Shown one piece after another: positions 26,453-36,803 of a stretch of 63,319 nucleotides of DNA. Both the position numbers and the translations under genes were made by a program. Location: the IMG/VR virus record IMGVR_UViG_3300044833_000023, positions 1 to 63,319 of that record; one strand, written 5' to 3'. The stretch is from a virus. Taxonomy: Duplodnaviria > Caudoviricetes. How positions within the stretch are numbered: the first letter of the stretch is position 1; every line of letters begins with the position of its first letter. The notes beneath the pieces are model-generated. The model worked only from the letters and a program-made list of their open reading frames with translations, was not told the DNA's origin and ran no database searches.

Positions 26453-27706
26453 TTAAGCGACCGTCTGTCCGCGCTGCTGGCGCATCTTCATGATGGTCTC
26501 CGAGCGCGAGCGACCTTCGGTCGGACGTGCTTGAGCATCAGGACGCGGCGCCATACTGCGCGTGGGCTGGGTGGGCATTGCTGCTCGGCGCTCGGTGCGA
26601 TCCACGTTGACGACAACGCGGGGGGCGACCTTGGCTGCTGGCGGTTTGGGCTGCTCGGAAACGCCTTTCCACTTCAAGTATTCGCCCTTCGCGCCCTCCA
26701 AGAGGGCTTCGGCGGTCGATACTGAGCGGCCATTGATCCGGTAGAAGCGATGCCAGTTGGCAAGCTCTGCGGGGTTCTGAGGGATTTTCGATGCATCAAC
26801 ATCGCCGAGCTTTTCGATTTCCGCTCGGGTCAGGCGATAGACGAACTGCTCTATGGCCTGTGCCGCGATCGGATCGTTGGCGATTTCGGGGTTTGCGTCC
26901 GAGAAGGTTTTCAGGACCGTTTGGACGCGGGCGATGTCGTTCTTCACGAGCCGCCGCATCTGGCCTTCATCGGCTTCCTGTTCCGAGACGGTCTTCATGA
27001 CCTTCCGGATTTTGGCCGCCGCCTCTTTCGGGTCGCCGAACTGGATTTGCTCGATCGCTTCTTCGAGTTCGTCGGGGTGTTGACGAGCCTCGTCGGGATC
27101 GATGTCCTGTCCGTCGTTCTGCGTGCGCGAGTTCTGACCCTCGGGGTGTTGAGGGTCACGGCCTGCACGCTCGGCCTTGATCTGTTTTGCTTCCTGAAGG
27201 AGGTCACGGGCCTCGTCGAGGTAGCTGTCCGCAGCCAGGTTCTTCTGGGCCGCGGCGAGAATTTGGTCGTCCGTCATCTCGACGGCCTTGCCGCGCACCG
27301 TCACGGTGCGGGTCTTCGGCGCGTCGGGCTGGATAACAGCCTTCACATCCGGGACCAAAAGGTCAGGCGCGTCGGGCTCGGGCTCAAGCTGCTCGCGGCC
27401 AGCCTTGCCGTAGAGCATCTCCGGATCGTTCATATTGCCGTTGAACGGCACGTCGTCCTCGACGCTCTGGCGACGGAAGCGCTTCGCCATGTCGAGACGC
27501 GCCTGATCGGCAGGAGACATGTGGATCGGCTTGGGACGGGCGGGGCTGTCATCGTCTTCGGTGACGCGCGGCTGCGGACTGCCGTTATCGCCTTCTTCGC
27601 CGGTCGCGTCGTTGATGTCGGAGACGATCTCATCACCGGGGACGGTTCCAGCGGCTTCAGCCCGGGCGTTGGCTTCGGCCATCTGTTCGTCTTTGGTCAT
27701 ATTCAT
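26453..27706 (-). CDS. Capsid scaffolding protein
   Basis: Acidic and helical, TVTVRGKAVEMT, basic C-terminus MRQQRG; directly upstream of the capsid gene. Confidence 0.75.
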   Translation of the reverse strand: MNMTKDEQMAEANARAEAAGTVPGDEIVSDINDATGEEGDNGSPQPRVTEDDDSPARPKPIHMSPADQARLDMAKRFRRQSVEDDVPFNGNMNDPEMLYGKAGREQLEPEPDAPDLLVPDVKAVIQPDAPKTRTVTVRGKAVEMTDDQILAAAQKNLAADSYLDEARDLLQEAKQIKAERAGRDPQHPEGQNSRTQNDGQDIDPDEARQHPDELEEAIEQIQFGDPKEAAAKIRKVMKTVSEQEADEGQMRRLVKNDIARVQTVLKTFSDANPEIANDPIAAQAIEQFVYRLTRAEIEKLGDVDASKIPQNPAELANWHRFYRINGRSVSTAEALLEGAKGEYLKWKGVSEQPKPPAAKVAPRVVVNVDRTERRAAMPTQPTRSMAPRPDAQARPTEGRSRSETIMKMRQQRGQTVA

Positions 27707-28086
27707 GCGTCGTGATCCTGTGGGTGGATGCCGAACGCTTCAGCTTCCTGGCGCCCTTCATCGGTGGTTAAGATTTCTGCGAACTCGTCGGCGTCCTGCT
27801 CACGGAAGTAGACTTCCGCAGCGCGGCCTTCTTCGATGATCTCGGCGCACCAGCGCACGAGGTCGTCGTATCGGCGGACTTCGTTTTGAAATCCGCGAAC
27901 CTTTTCAATCTCGGTCGGGTCGATCATCACCAGGCCGACCATCGCGGCGGTCGCCTCGATCTTTGCCTTGCCGAGGATCGCCTTGATCGGCTGGAACGTC
28001 GGCCCCTTGTCGAGTTGGGCTTCAAGCTCAATGGAAACCGAAACGGCCCGCTGATAAGCGAGCCGTTCCATTGCTTCGGGTGTCAT
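27703..28086 (-). CDS. Hypothetical head-module protein
   Basis: Helical 127-aa ORF coupled to the scaffold gene. Confidence 0.65.
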   Translation of the reverse strand: MTPEAMERLAYQRAVSVSIELEAQLDKGPTFQPIKAILGKAKIEATAAMVGLVMIDPTEIEKVRGFQNEVRRYDDLVRWCAEIIEEGRAAEVYFREQDADEFAEILTTDEGRQEAEAFGIHPQDHDA

Positions 28087-28099
28087 GTGGGACTTTCGG

Positions 28100-29518
28100 T
28101 TAGTCGGTTAGCTCCAGCATCGCCGTGATGTCGGCGATGTCGGCTTCGTCCTGGCGCTGACGTTCGTCTTCGTCATCGAGGTGCCGCAGCATGTGCTCAA
28201 TGTCGGTCGCGTCCATTGCTTCGTGGATGCTGGCTTCGATGCCGCGCAGATCGCGCTCGGCGTATTCAACGTGGTCGATCGGCGACGTTTCGCGCGGGGC
28301 GAGGAACGTCTCGATCCGGAGCGAAGGCGGCAGAACGATCTTTGGCTTGACCGGCTCCGGCTTGCGCGGGCGCTTTCCGACCGGCTCAAGGCCGCGCTTG
28401 CGACCGCCGCCGCCCGAGATGACCGTTTGGAGCAAACCAGCAACGCCGATGCCGGCGGCCTGTGCCAGCGTGACGGAGACGTTGATGCGATTTGGACCGA
28501 GCCAGTTGGCAACGCCGACGCCAGCCACTCCGAAAATCGCCACGTTCTGTGACGGAACCTGTCCGACCATACCGGCAACGCCGATGCCGACCGCGGGAGC
28601 CAGCACAACCGTGACCGTGTAACTCGACGGTCCGCGCGCAAGACCGACGCCAACGGCGCCGGAGATGACCGCGCCCGGCTGCGGTGTGACCGATCGCGCG
28701 ATGCCAACGCCTGCCGCTTGCGTGATCGGCGGGTTCGACGAGAGCGCGATGGTCGGCGTGCCGACGATGCCTATGCCCGCCGCTTGCGGGATGCCAACAG
28801 AGACTGCCGCGACAACCGCGCCGGTAACGCCAACGCCAGCGGCTTGCGCCAGTACCGCCGCGGGATTGGCGACAACCGATCGCGCAAGACCCGTGCCGGA
28901 GACGCCCGCAAAGGTGAACCCGAAAACCTGTCCTGACAGCGTGCCGACGATGCCGGTTCCCGCCGCCTGCGAGACTGAAACTGAGACCGTTTGGCTCGCA
29001 ACAAGACCTCGCGCAACACCTGCACCTGCGGCCTGACTGATCGCCGCCGCAGGATTGGCGACCAGTCCCCTCGCAAGTCCAGTTCCAATTGCCTGCGCCG
29101 CGTTGCCTCCAGGCGCTGCCGTGGCAGCGTGAGCAACACCCGTTCCTGATGCCTGCGCCAGCGTGGCCGTGACGGCCGGCGTGGGGCCGCGAGCGACGCC
29201 CGTACCCGAGACGCCCGTGAGAAGACCGGGAGCGATTGCCTTTGCGACGCCGGTGCCGATCGCGCTTGCGAGCGTGACGACCTGTACGCTCGGTGTCAGA
29301 ACTCCAGCAACGCCGACACCAGCGGCTTGCGTCGGCGCCCCCGCGTCGATGACGGTTAGACCTCGGGCAACTCCCGCGCCTGCCGCTTGCCCCGTAGTTT
29401 TGGACGGAGAGGGTGTGACCGATCGCGCGATGCCAACGCCTGCCGCTTGCGTGGCCTGCACGCCAGCATTGGCGCTGATCTGCCCGAGGGCAAACCTGCC
29501 GAATGCGTCAAAGAACAT
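28100..29518 (-). CDS. Gly/Ala/Val repeat structural protein ((Q)AAGxGVA repeats)
   Basis: Many ~19-22-aa imperfect repeats, then GGGGRKR and an acidic C-terminal tail. Confidence 0.7.
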   Translation of the reverse strand: MFFDAFGRFALGQISANAGVQATQAAGVGIARSVTPSPSKTTGQAAGAGVARGLTVIDAGAPTQAAGVGVAGVLTPSVQVVTLASAIGTGVAKAIAPGLLTGVSGTGVARGPTPAVTATLAQASGTGVAHAATAAPGGNAAQAIGTGLARGLVANPAAAISQAAGAGVARGLVASQTVSVSVSQAAGTGIVGTLSGQVFGFTFAGVSGTGLARSVVANPAAVLAQAAGVGVTGAVVAAVSVGIPQAAGIGIVGTPTIALSSNPPITQAAGVGIARSVTPQPGAVISGAVGVGLARGPSSYTVTVVLAPAVGIGVAGMVGQVPSQNVAIFGVAGVGVANWLGPNRINVSVTLAQAAGIGVAGLLQTVISGGGGRKRGLEPVGKRPRKPEPVKPKIVLPPSLRIETFLAPRETSPIDHVEYAERDLRGIEASIHEAMDATDIEHMLRHLDDEDERQRQDEADIADITAMLELTD

Positions 29519-29535
29519 GGCTTAGAAGCGCCACG

Positions 29536-32028
29536 TCAGGCGCGCTCATACCAGCCGGTAAAGGTAATCCTTTGGCCGGTCACGATCGTCGCCGAGTTGA
29601 TGTAGTTCGTTGCGACCATCGTTGAGGCGTTCGCTACCACGGTGCCCATCCACACTGCACCTGTAGTGGCGGACTCGCGCCCCGGCAAAACCCAAAATGA
29701 TGTAGCGTTCAGGGACGGGAACGGCAGCGACACACTTGTAAGCGATCCGCCCGTGAACGTCCCTGAAATCGAGACATCGATCGTTATTTCTACTTTTTTG
29801 CCCTTGGTGCGGTAGCGCGCAGCCGCTGTGCCCACCGCAGTCCCGGTTGCCTGACCGCAGACAATAGTTGGCGTGAAGGCAACGAAACCGTCAGTATAAA
29901 CGCTTGTCGCGCCGCTTATGCTGACCAGACCGGACGTGCCGGCCGACCCCATCTGTGTGTTGATGGTGTTCCCGTTTGGCATCCCGTTGCCGCCGTTCAC
30001 TTCGGCCACCGCAAAGGTCATGTTGGCGCCGGGTGACAGAAACGAATTCGTGTCCACCAAAATGCCGGACACGTTGCTGCCGGACAATTCGATGCCGGAC
30101 GTATGGGCGGCAAGCTGGTTAGAGCCGACGATCGTGTTTCCGCCAATGGTGACATTGGTGTATGTCGCGCCCGCGCCACTGCCGAATATAGCGATCGACG
30201 AAAAACCGCTATTGGTAAAGGTATTACCGCTTACATCGCCATCTGCGATGGCGTGAACACCATCATCGGCCATCGACATCCCGAAGTCGTAACAGGACGT
30301 GTTGCCGTTCCCGGCTACGTTCCAATAGCAATAGTTGCCATGAACCTTGAAGTTCGGCCCGGTGGCTCCGCCTGCAACGATCGCCTCCCGGCCGGAATAC
30401 TTGATGACGTTATTGGTTATTACGCCGCCACTGTCCTGCACCGAAATGCCCCACGATCCTCCGAATAGAAACACCAAATTGGAGGAAATAGTCTCGCCAA
30501 ACCCGCCAAGGCAATTGATGCCGGCCCCCCACATATACCCGCTGCCGGTCGGCGTGGCCGTTAGAGCAACGGCTCCGACCTGACCGGAAATCGCCGTGAC
30601 AGCATTGCCGCTGATTAGCGTCTCAGCATTAGCGTCACTAAAGATGCCAACATTCCACCAACCTGAGATCAGGTTGCCGATGATGGTCGGATTGCTGCAC
30701 GACACGACCCGCAGCGCGCGAGCGCCAGCAAATTCGTTGCCGAAAATAACTGCCTTGCCGCTGGCAGAAAGCGTGAACCCATCGTAAGCCATTGAGTTGG
30801 CCGCGACGATTTTCATTCCCGACATCGAGAAGCGGATAGTCCCACCCATCGCCGCCGATACACCGGTGACAAGACCGTCCGAAGTCTGCGCAAACGATAC
30901 TATGGCAGACGTCCCGGCCCCTGCTCCCGTCACGCTTTGGACCGTCGAGGGTATTTGCAGCCCGCGAACGTTGTAGGTTCCGGCCGGAAATGCAAGGGCG
31001 ACATTCGCCGCCATCGCTGTATTGATTGCGGCGGTGTCGTCGTGTTGAACAAGCGCTCCAGCAGCCGCGGTGGTCGCGTTGGCCGCGAGCGTGAGTGCCG
31101 TCGTGCCGGCGCCCGACGAGATCGTGGTAGCCAGCCATCCGGGCACGGCGCTTGCTGGCGGCGTCGTGGGGATGCCAACAATCGTCTGCGTCGGTATCCC
31201 TGTGTCGAAAATGCTGGTCCCGAGAAAGCACCCCAGGAGAACGTAGGCGCCGCCGCTGGTGCTGCGCCAAACCACCGTTGCCAGCGGCGTACCCGTGCCA
31301 ACGGTCCAGGTGATCTGGTTCATGGCGATGCCAGAGGTCCCAGACAGGTAGGTTCCGAGCGTGGCGAAGCCGGTCGCGATCGTGGTCGCGGCGGTGGCCG
31401 CTGTCAGGCCGCCCTGATTATCGAGGCTTGCAATTTTATATGCGTAGGTCGTCGCCCCCGTGGTGTTGATCGGAGCGACCGCAGTAAGGGTTGGAGCGCC
31501 GACCGTCGGCGAGGCTCCGGCGCCAAAAACCAAAATCCCTTGATTGTTGGCAAAGTCGAGCGCGCTTGCGAGCGTTAGAGCGTTAGACGCTGCGCCAATC
31601 GTCCCTGTCGTCGTCTGCGCCGAGCCCGAGGCGCCATACCCCTTGACGGTTACAGCGTCGTCGGCACCGATGTTTGCGCGGGCCTGCGCCTGCTGCGCCG
31701 CCGTCAGCGTCATCACATCATCGAACAGCAGTACGTCGCCCGGAAAAACCGTGATGCCAACTTGCGGGATAGTCGAGAACGAAACCGTTCCTCCCGTCGA
31801 CGAGAACGAAACAACGCGCGTCAACGTGCCCGTCCCCGACGTCCAGACGCCAGAACCAAACTCCCACTGTGAGAGGTCGGCGCTTTCGGCGCGGTATCGG
31901 TAAGTCTTGCCGTTCACCATCGGATAGGCCGACGGCGCCATGAAGCCGGCGACGGCCGCGGAATAGACAAAGCTCCCAGCGCCGGTCGATGCCGGGGTAA
32001 ATTTGACTCCGAGGGCGAGGCTCGCCAT
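29536..32028 (-). CDS. Tail spike with parallel beta-helix (pectate-lyase-like) domain; probable polysaccharide depolymerase/receptor-binding protein
   Basis: VKGYGASG..DDTAAINTA..FPAGTY entry motif and repeated IxGN beta-helix rungs. Confidence 0.8.
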   Translation of the reverse strand: MASLALGVKFTPASTGAGSFVYSAAVAGFMAPSAYPMVNGKTYRYRAESADLSQWEFGSGVWTSGTGTLTRVVSFSSTGGTVSFSTIPQVGITVFPGDVLLFDDVMTLTAAQQAQARANIGADDAVTVKGYGASGSAQTTTGTIGAASNALTLASALDFANNQGILVFGAGASPTVGAPTLTAVAPINTTGATTYAYKIASLDNQGGLTAATAATTIATGFATLGTYLSGTSGIAMNQITWTVGTGTPLATVVWRSTSGGAYVLLGCFLGTSIFDTGIPTQTIVGIPTTPPASAVPGWLATTISSGAGTTALTLAANATTAAAGALVQHDDTAAINTAMAANVALAFPAGTYNVRGLQIPSTVQSVTGAGAGTSAIVSFAQTSDGLVTGVSAAMGGTIRFSMSGMKIVAANSMAYDGFTLSASGKAVIFGNEFAGARALRVVSCSNPTIIGNLISGWWNVGIFSDANAETLISGNAVTAISGQVGAVALTATPTGSGYMWGAGINCLGGFGETISSNLVFLFGGSWGISVQDSGGVITNNVIKYSGREAIVAGGATGPNFKVHGNYCYWNVAGNGNTSCYDFGMSMADDGVHAIADGDVSGNTFTNSGFSSIAIFGSGAGATYTNVTIGGNTIVGSNQLAAHTSGIELSGSNVSGILVDTNSFLSPGANMTFAVAEVNGGNGMPNGNTINTQMGSAGTSGLVSISGATSVYTDGFVAFTPTIVCGQATGTAVGTAAARYRTKGKKVEITIDVSISGTFTGGSLTSVSLPFPSLNATSFWVLPGRESATTGAVWMGTVVANASTMVATNYINSATIVTGQRITFTGWYERA

Positions 32029-32681
32029 CAGGTGATCTGCAACACCGCGGTTCCGACCGCCGCCACTGGCATGACGACGGTGAAGGTGCCGGCAGAGACC
32101 GTCTGCGTGCCGCCGAAGTCGTGGACGGAAACACCCAAGGTCGCGATCGGACCGTTCTGGATGGTGTTGTAGATCATGCAGCCCGTGGTCGAGAACGTCG
32201 CCGTGGTCCAAGACGGGTTGGGCGAGAACGATGCGATGGCCGAGGGCGAGGATGCCGACGGATCGACGTTGGTCAGCGCGGTGCCGCCAGCGACATAGCC
32301 GGTGCCGGTGATTTCATCGGCGTTGCCGGTGACGTCGGTGTAGTTGGTCGAGGCGGCCGAATAAGTGCCGGTCGGCGTCACCTTGATGAGCGCCATCTTG
32401 AAGATGTCGCCAACCACGGTGACGGTGCCGAGCGCGCCGGTCGAGGCGATGTTGGTCTGGATCGAGGTCGAGGACAGGATGCGCGAGACGAACGTACTCG
32501 CCGCAATGTTGGTGCCGGACAGCGCGCAGCCGACATAGATGCCGGTCAGCGCGGAGACCGCGGTCCACGTCGCCGTGGAAGTACCGGTCGCGGTGAAGGT
32601 GCGCGACTGGCTGAAATGGTGGGCGCCGTTGAACAGGTCTCGCTTGAAGGAAGCAAGCATCGCGGTGGTAATGCCGGCCAT
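32028..32681 (-). CDS. Virion structural protein
   Basis: SFKRDLFNGAHHF..FKMAL..EITGTGYVAGG..IYN..DFGG motif set common in phage virion proteins. Confidence 0.7.
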   Translation of the reverse strand: MAGITTAMLASFKRDLFNGAHHFSQSRTFTATGTSTATWTAVSALTGIYVGCALSGTNIAASTFVSRILSSTSIQTNIASTGALGTVTVVGDIFKMALIKVTPTGTYSAASTNYTDVTGNADEITGTGYVAGGTALTNVDPSASSPSAIASFSPNPSWTTATFSTTGCMIYNTIQNGPIATLGVSVHDFGGTQTVSAGTFTVVMPVAAVGTAVLQIT

Positions 32682-32684
32682 AGG

Positions 32685-33116
32685 TTAGGTTCCCTTGCTG
32701 TCGGCGTGGTAGCCGCGTTCGATGTTCATGGAGTCCCCGAAGTGCTGGGCGAGGATGTTAGAGATAGTGTCCTGCACGTCTGGGGTGGCGAAGTGATCTG
32801 CGAACATGCTTGCGGCCATGATGGCGTTGACGGCCGCGAGCGCGCCGTCGACGTGCGGGACCGGATCGATCTCGGACTTGGCGTAGCCCTTGGTGCCCGA
32901 GAGCTTGCCGCGCTCGGAGGCCTGCACCGCGGCGTGCTGTTCAGTCAGGGCCAAATAAAGCTTCGGCATCAACTCCATCTTCGCAAGACGGGCCCTGCTT
33001 GCCGCGTCGCTGGTCGCGTCGTCGGCGATCAGGACGAGGCCGAGGATGGCGTTGGTGGAGACCTCGGCCCACTTGTCGGCGGGATGAGGTCCGTTGTTGG
33101 TAATCATGATCTGCAC
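32685..33116 (-). CDS. Hypothetical protein
   Basis: Intact ORF with AGGA RBS, downstream of the portal gene. Confidence 0.65.
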   Translation of the reverse strand: MQIMITNNGPHPADKWAEVSTNAILGLVLIADDATSDAASRARLAKMELMPKLYLALTEQHAAVQASERGKLSGTKGYAKSEIDPVPHVDGALAAVNAIMAASMFADHFATPDVQDTISNILAQHFGDSMNIERGYHADSKGT

Positions 33117-33127
33117 GGGACTTCCTT

Positions 33128-35620
33128 TCAGTGGTCTTGGATGTGGAATGAAGAAGCCCGGCCATCGGCGCCGCGACTGGCGATCGTGACCGTGCGGGAC
33201 TTCGGCTTCTTCAAAGCGGTTTCGAGGTTCTGTTGTTCGCTCGCCTGATCGGCGACTTGCTGTTGGCCGGCGTCCGCGGCGGGTACGCCGTGAGAGCCGA
33301 TCTCCGTCGGGGTCAGCCCGTCATTGCCGGCGCCGACGTTGGTTGCTCCGGGCACAAGGCCCTTCGTCGCGGCCTGCGCCGGGTCTTGCGGGACGCCGGG
33401 CTTGCCATCCGCTCCCGGTGCCTGGATCGGCGAGCCGTCAGGGTTGAGACCTTGCGCGGCATTCTTGGCGCCCGCGATTGCCGAACCGTGCTGATGCCCC
33501 ATGTCCTGCGCGCGGCCGACTTGATCGACGTGATCCAGATGCTGCTGGAACTGATCGTTGACCGCCTGGTCCTCGATCTCCCGTTGGCCGAGACCGACCT
33601 TGGCCGCAGCCGCGAGACCCGTGAGAATGACGTTCTTGCCGCGAGCGCGATTGAGCTCGGCTTCGGACTTGAGCTTGTCCTGTTCGAGCGGAGCCATCGC
33701 GTTCGGCGCTGGCGTGCCATCCTGAAAGAAGCGAGCCCCGCCATCGCGATAGCCGACCGCGCCAAAGACTTCCGTGATGAAGGCTTCCGCGTTGATCTCG
33801 CGCTTGCCGGACTGGAAGTCCTTTGACTGCTGAAGGATTGGGGTGACGACGCTTACCGCGTCTTGCAGCTTCGCAAGACGCTGCGCCGGGTCGCCGGAGC
33901 CCAAGCCCACGTTGCAGGCGATGGTGACTTCGTTCTCCAGAAGCTCGTCGGTGATCTCGTTGATGCCGTGCTTCTGGAGCAGCTTGGCCTTGTTGCCGCA
34001 GATGCCGAGAATGATCTTGTCGCTCTCGTAGAACTGCTCCAGGCGAACGAGTTGGGCGAGCACCTTCTCGACGTAGGTCTCGATCCAGATGCGAATGTCG
34101 AATTCCTGCACCGAGTTGGCCGCGCCGGCGGCGAGCTTGAGGCCGCCAAGCGTCTTGCCGACTGAATTGGACTGCGAGACGGTGCCGTAATTCTGCTGGC
34201 CCGCGATGTCGTCGAAGTCGAGGTCGATCTCCTTCTTGAGGTTCTCGACCGCCGCTCCGATGTCAGGCGGGCGATCCCACGTCACGTCTTCGGGCGAGTT
34301 CACCATGATAGCGGTGCCCTGGCCGCGCTTCTTCAGCGCCTCAAGGTCCACTTGCCGCCCTCGAACAACCTTGGCGACGGGCATCACGGACTGCTTCACC
34401 GCGTCGAGCGTCAGATTTTGCAGGTCGTTACCCTGCTGCTGGAGCATCTGCCAGCTTTCGGCCGGCGACATCGGGAAGATGCGGAACGCCTCGAAGGCGC
34501 CGTAGCCGAGAGCGACCGGGCGCTCCCCGAATTGTTCGGGGTAGACTTCTTCTGTCGGCCGAGGGTCGGTCAGAAGATGCCTGCCGCCGACGGACAGGAA
34601 CGTCCAGTCCTCGCCGGCGGTGCGAATGAAGCTCTCGTAGACCCAGATGACGTCGAACGTCTTGCCTGTCTGGGTCTCATCGTAGCGGTCGAGCCCCTGC
34701 TCGCGCGCGCGCCGGATGGCTTCCATGTCGGCCCGGGCTGATGCCGCGACGGCCTTCAGGTCGGTGACGGACAGGGCCTTCCAAGGGTTGCGCGGGTCAG
34801 CCTGTTTGCGCCTGATCTCGTCGATCCGCATCGGGAACTTGAGATGCAGATACGCCGCGTCCTGCGCGGGGTTGGTCCAGTCCGCGGCCGGGTCGATGGT
34901 AAAATTCTCCGGCGGGAACAGCATGACGTCGGGACGGTCAACGATCGGCTTGTAGACGTCGCGCACTTTCTCGACTTCGGCTTCGTCGGCCGGGTCGTCC
35001 CTAAACTTCTCGGTGCCGTGCTTCTTGACCTCCAGCTTCCAATACTGCTTGGAGAGGCAGATACCGGTCAGCATCGACGTCTGCCGCGCGCCCATCGCGA
35101 CGTGAAACCATGGCAGCGCGGCCTTGCCGGACGATCGTCCGGTTCGATAGTTGACCAGCGCCTGCATCAGATCGGCCGACGCGCGCTGTCCAGCGTCGCC
35201 TTCGTCGCCAGGCGACGTGCTGATGGCGTCCACTGATCCGAACAGCGAAGCCGCGACGGCCGCCATGTCCTTGCGGATGGCGCCCCGGGTCTTCGGAATG
35301 AACAGCTTGGAGCGGTTCTTGTAGTCGCCCGTGGTGTATTTCGAGCCTACGAAGTGCTCCTGATGGAACGCCCGGTAGACGCGGGACCACGATTTTCGGT
35401 TGACCTGAGACTGGTAGAGAGCGGCTTGCGCCTCGCTCTCGACGACCATTTTCAGGAAGTCGTCGTCGCTCGGCTTGGCGTCGAAGTCTTCTTCCTCGCC
35501 ATCCAAGTCCTCGCGTGCGGCGTCGCCGGTCGCGGCGTCGGACGCTTGCTGGTACAGGTCTTTGCCGACCGGCATCGGATCATCGAGGCCGTCTTCACCA
35601 GGCGGCGTGAAGCGAAGCAC
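33128..35620 (-). CDS. Portal protein
   Basis: 830 aa; RSKLFIPKTR, PPENFTIDPAADW, TLGGLKL..AANS motifs; located after the terminase. Confidence 0.85.
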   Translation of the reverse strand: MLRFTPPGEDGLDDPMPVGKDLYQQASDAATGDAAREDLDGEEEDFDAKPSDDDFLKMVVESEAQAALYQSQVNRKSWSRVYRAFHQEHFVGSKYTTGDYKNRSKLFIPKTRGAIRKDMAAVAASLFGSVDAISTSPGDEGDAGQRASADLMQALVNYRTGRSSGKAALPWFHVAMGARQTSMLTGICLSKQYWKLEVKKHGTEKFRDDPADEAEVEKVRDVYKPIVDRPDVMLFPPENFTIDPAADWTNPAQDAAYLHLKFPMRIDEIRRKQADPRNPWKALSVTDLKAVAASARADMEAIRRAREQGLDRYDETQTGKTFDVIWVYESFIRTAGEDWTFLSVGGRHLLTDPRPTEEVYPEQFGERPVALGYGAFEAFRIFPMSPAESWQMLQQQGNDLQNLTLDAVKQSVMPVAKVVRGRQVDLEALKKRGQGTAIMVNSPEDVTWDRPPDIGAAVENLKKEIDLDFDDIAGQQNYGTVSQSNSVGKTLGGLKLAAGAANSVQEFDIRIWIETYVEKVLAQLVRLEQFYESDKIILGICGNKAKLLQKHGINEITDELLENEVTIACNVGLGSGDPAQRLAKLQDAVSVVTPILQQSKDFQSGKREINAEAFITEVFGAVGYRDGGARFFQDGTPAPNAMAPLEQDKLKSEAELNRARGKNVILTGLAAAAKVGLGQREIEDQAVNDQFQQHLDHVDQVGRAQDMGHQHGSAIAGAKNAAQGLNPDGSPIQAPGADGKPGVPQDPAQAATKGLVPGATNVGAGNDGLTPTEIGSHGVPAADAGQQQVADQASEQQNLETALKKPKSRTVTIASRGADGRASSFHIQDH

Positions 35621-36058
35621 TTATCGGGCGTCCGCGAAGTCTGCGAGATGCTTGTTCTTCTGGATGTCGTGGAATTCCCCGAGGCTGATGAGGCCGCGGC
35701 GAAGGCCAAGACGTTCCAGAACCTCACCCCCTCCGTCGATGATGAGCTTCGGATTGAGATCGGTCCACTCCGCGAGGCGGATGACCCACTTCAAGGTCTC
35801 GCCCATCAGGAGCGGGATCGAGAAATAGACGATGCCCTGCTTGCTGTCGCAGACGGCTTTCCACGGATAACCGGGGAACTGCCTCTGCAAAATCTCCTGA
35901 ATGTCGTCGGCCATGGTCTGATCGAGGCCCTTGCGGTCATCGATCAAGCCATCGAGCGGCGGCTGGTAGTGCTTCTGGACATGCAGCTTCGGCCCGCGCC
36001 ACGCCTCGATACCATCGGAGCGGAGCAGGACCGGCTGGTCCGAACGATCGTGGGACAT
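35621..36058 (-). CDS. Hypothetical protein upstream of the portal
   Basis: FPGYPW..GGEVLERLGLRRG pattern; coupled ORF. Confidence 0.7.
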   Translation of the reverse strand: MSHDRSDQPVLLRSDGIEAWRGPKLHVQKHYQPPLDGLIDDRKGLDQTMADDIQEILQRQFPGYPWKAVCDSKQGIVYFSIPLLMGETLKWVIRLAEWTDLNPKLIIDGGGEVLERLGLRRGLISLGEFHDIQKNKHLADFADAR

Positions 36059-36420
36059 CAGGCGGCGGGATCGACCGGGAGCGGTTGAGCGACGACATCG
36101 ACTGTATCGATGACATCGGGTGCGGGCGGCGGCTCGGTCGTGGTCGGGGCCTGGTTCATGAAGCCTTCGAGCTTCGCTTCGAGCGCGTCGATCTTGAACA
36201 GCGCGTCGCTCAGAGCGTCCTCGGCGTGCTCAAAGCGGGCTTCGAGGGCCGCCACGAAATCCGCTGGGACGCCGGTTGCGGGATCGGCGCTGCGCTCGAA
36301 CAGTGTCTTGAAGGCGCCGTTGATGCGGCTGACGCACTCCTGCCAAGTGGTGCCGAATTCAGACGTATGGCCTGTCGCGGGACCGCGGTGGACATCGGGA
36401 GCTTGGATGGGATCAAACAT
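36058..36420 (-). CDS. Hypothetical protein
   Basis: GAGG RBS, coupled stop/start. Confidence 0.65.
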   Translation of the reverse strand: MFDPIQAPDVHRGPATGHTSEFGTTWQECVSRINGAFKTLFERSADPATGVPADFVAALEARFEHAEDALSDALFKIDALEAKLEGFMNQAPTTTEPPPAPDVIDTVDVVAQPLPVDPAA

Positions 36421-36429
36421 GGGTCGTCC

Positions 36430-36600
36430 TCATGGTGCGTATGGCCCCTTCTTGGAGTTGTCTCCGGTGAAGGTGTGGCCGGTGAATTCGTAGAAAGGCT
36501 CGTTGCGCTTGGCGTGCTCGAAGTCGGGATCGGCCTTGAGCACGAACGATTTGAAGGGCGTGATGCGCGTCACGACCTTGGTGGTGGGTGTCTGCGCCAT
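36430..36600 (-). CDS. Small hypothetical protein (56 aa)
   Basis: MAQTPTTKVV...; fills the gap between coupled ORFs. Confidence 0.5.
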   Translation of the reverse strand: MAQTPTTKVVTRITPFKSFVLKADPDFEHAKRNEPFYEFTGHTFTGDNSKKGPYAP

Positions 36601-36803
36601 CAGACGGCCTGCCCGTTGTGGCTGGTGTCGAGCAGCGCGTCGTCTTCAGTGAAAACGCATTTGGTCTTGCAGGTCGGGCACGTCACGGTGCGCCCACGAT
36701 CGGCAGGGAACAGGAACGTCTCGCCGCAACCGCACTCGATCGGCCAGCACTGGTTGTGACCGCGCCCCTGTAGGGAGCGCGGGATTTCAGAGAGAACCTT
36801 CAT
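36600..36803 (-). CDS. Small zinc-ribbon-like protein
   Basis: CxCG...CPTC motifs. Confidence 0.6.
   Translation of the reverse strand: MKVLSEIPRSLQGRGHNQCWPIECGCGETFLFPADRGRTVTCPTCKTKCVFTEDDALLDTSHNGQAV

Noticed and set aside
21750-29518. Tandem repeats as a CRISPR array or DGR template/variable repeat
   Set aside because: The repeats are in-frame protein repeats with no constant-repeat/unique-spacer pattern, and no cas or reverse transcriptase gene is present.
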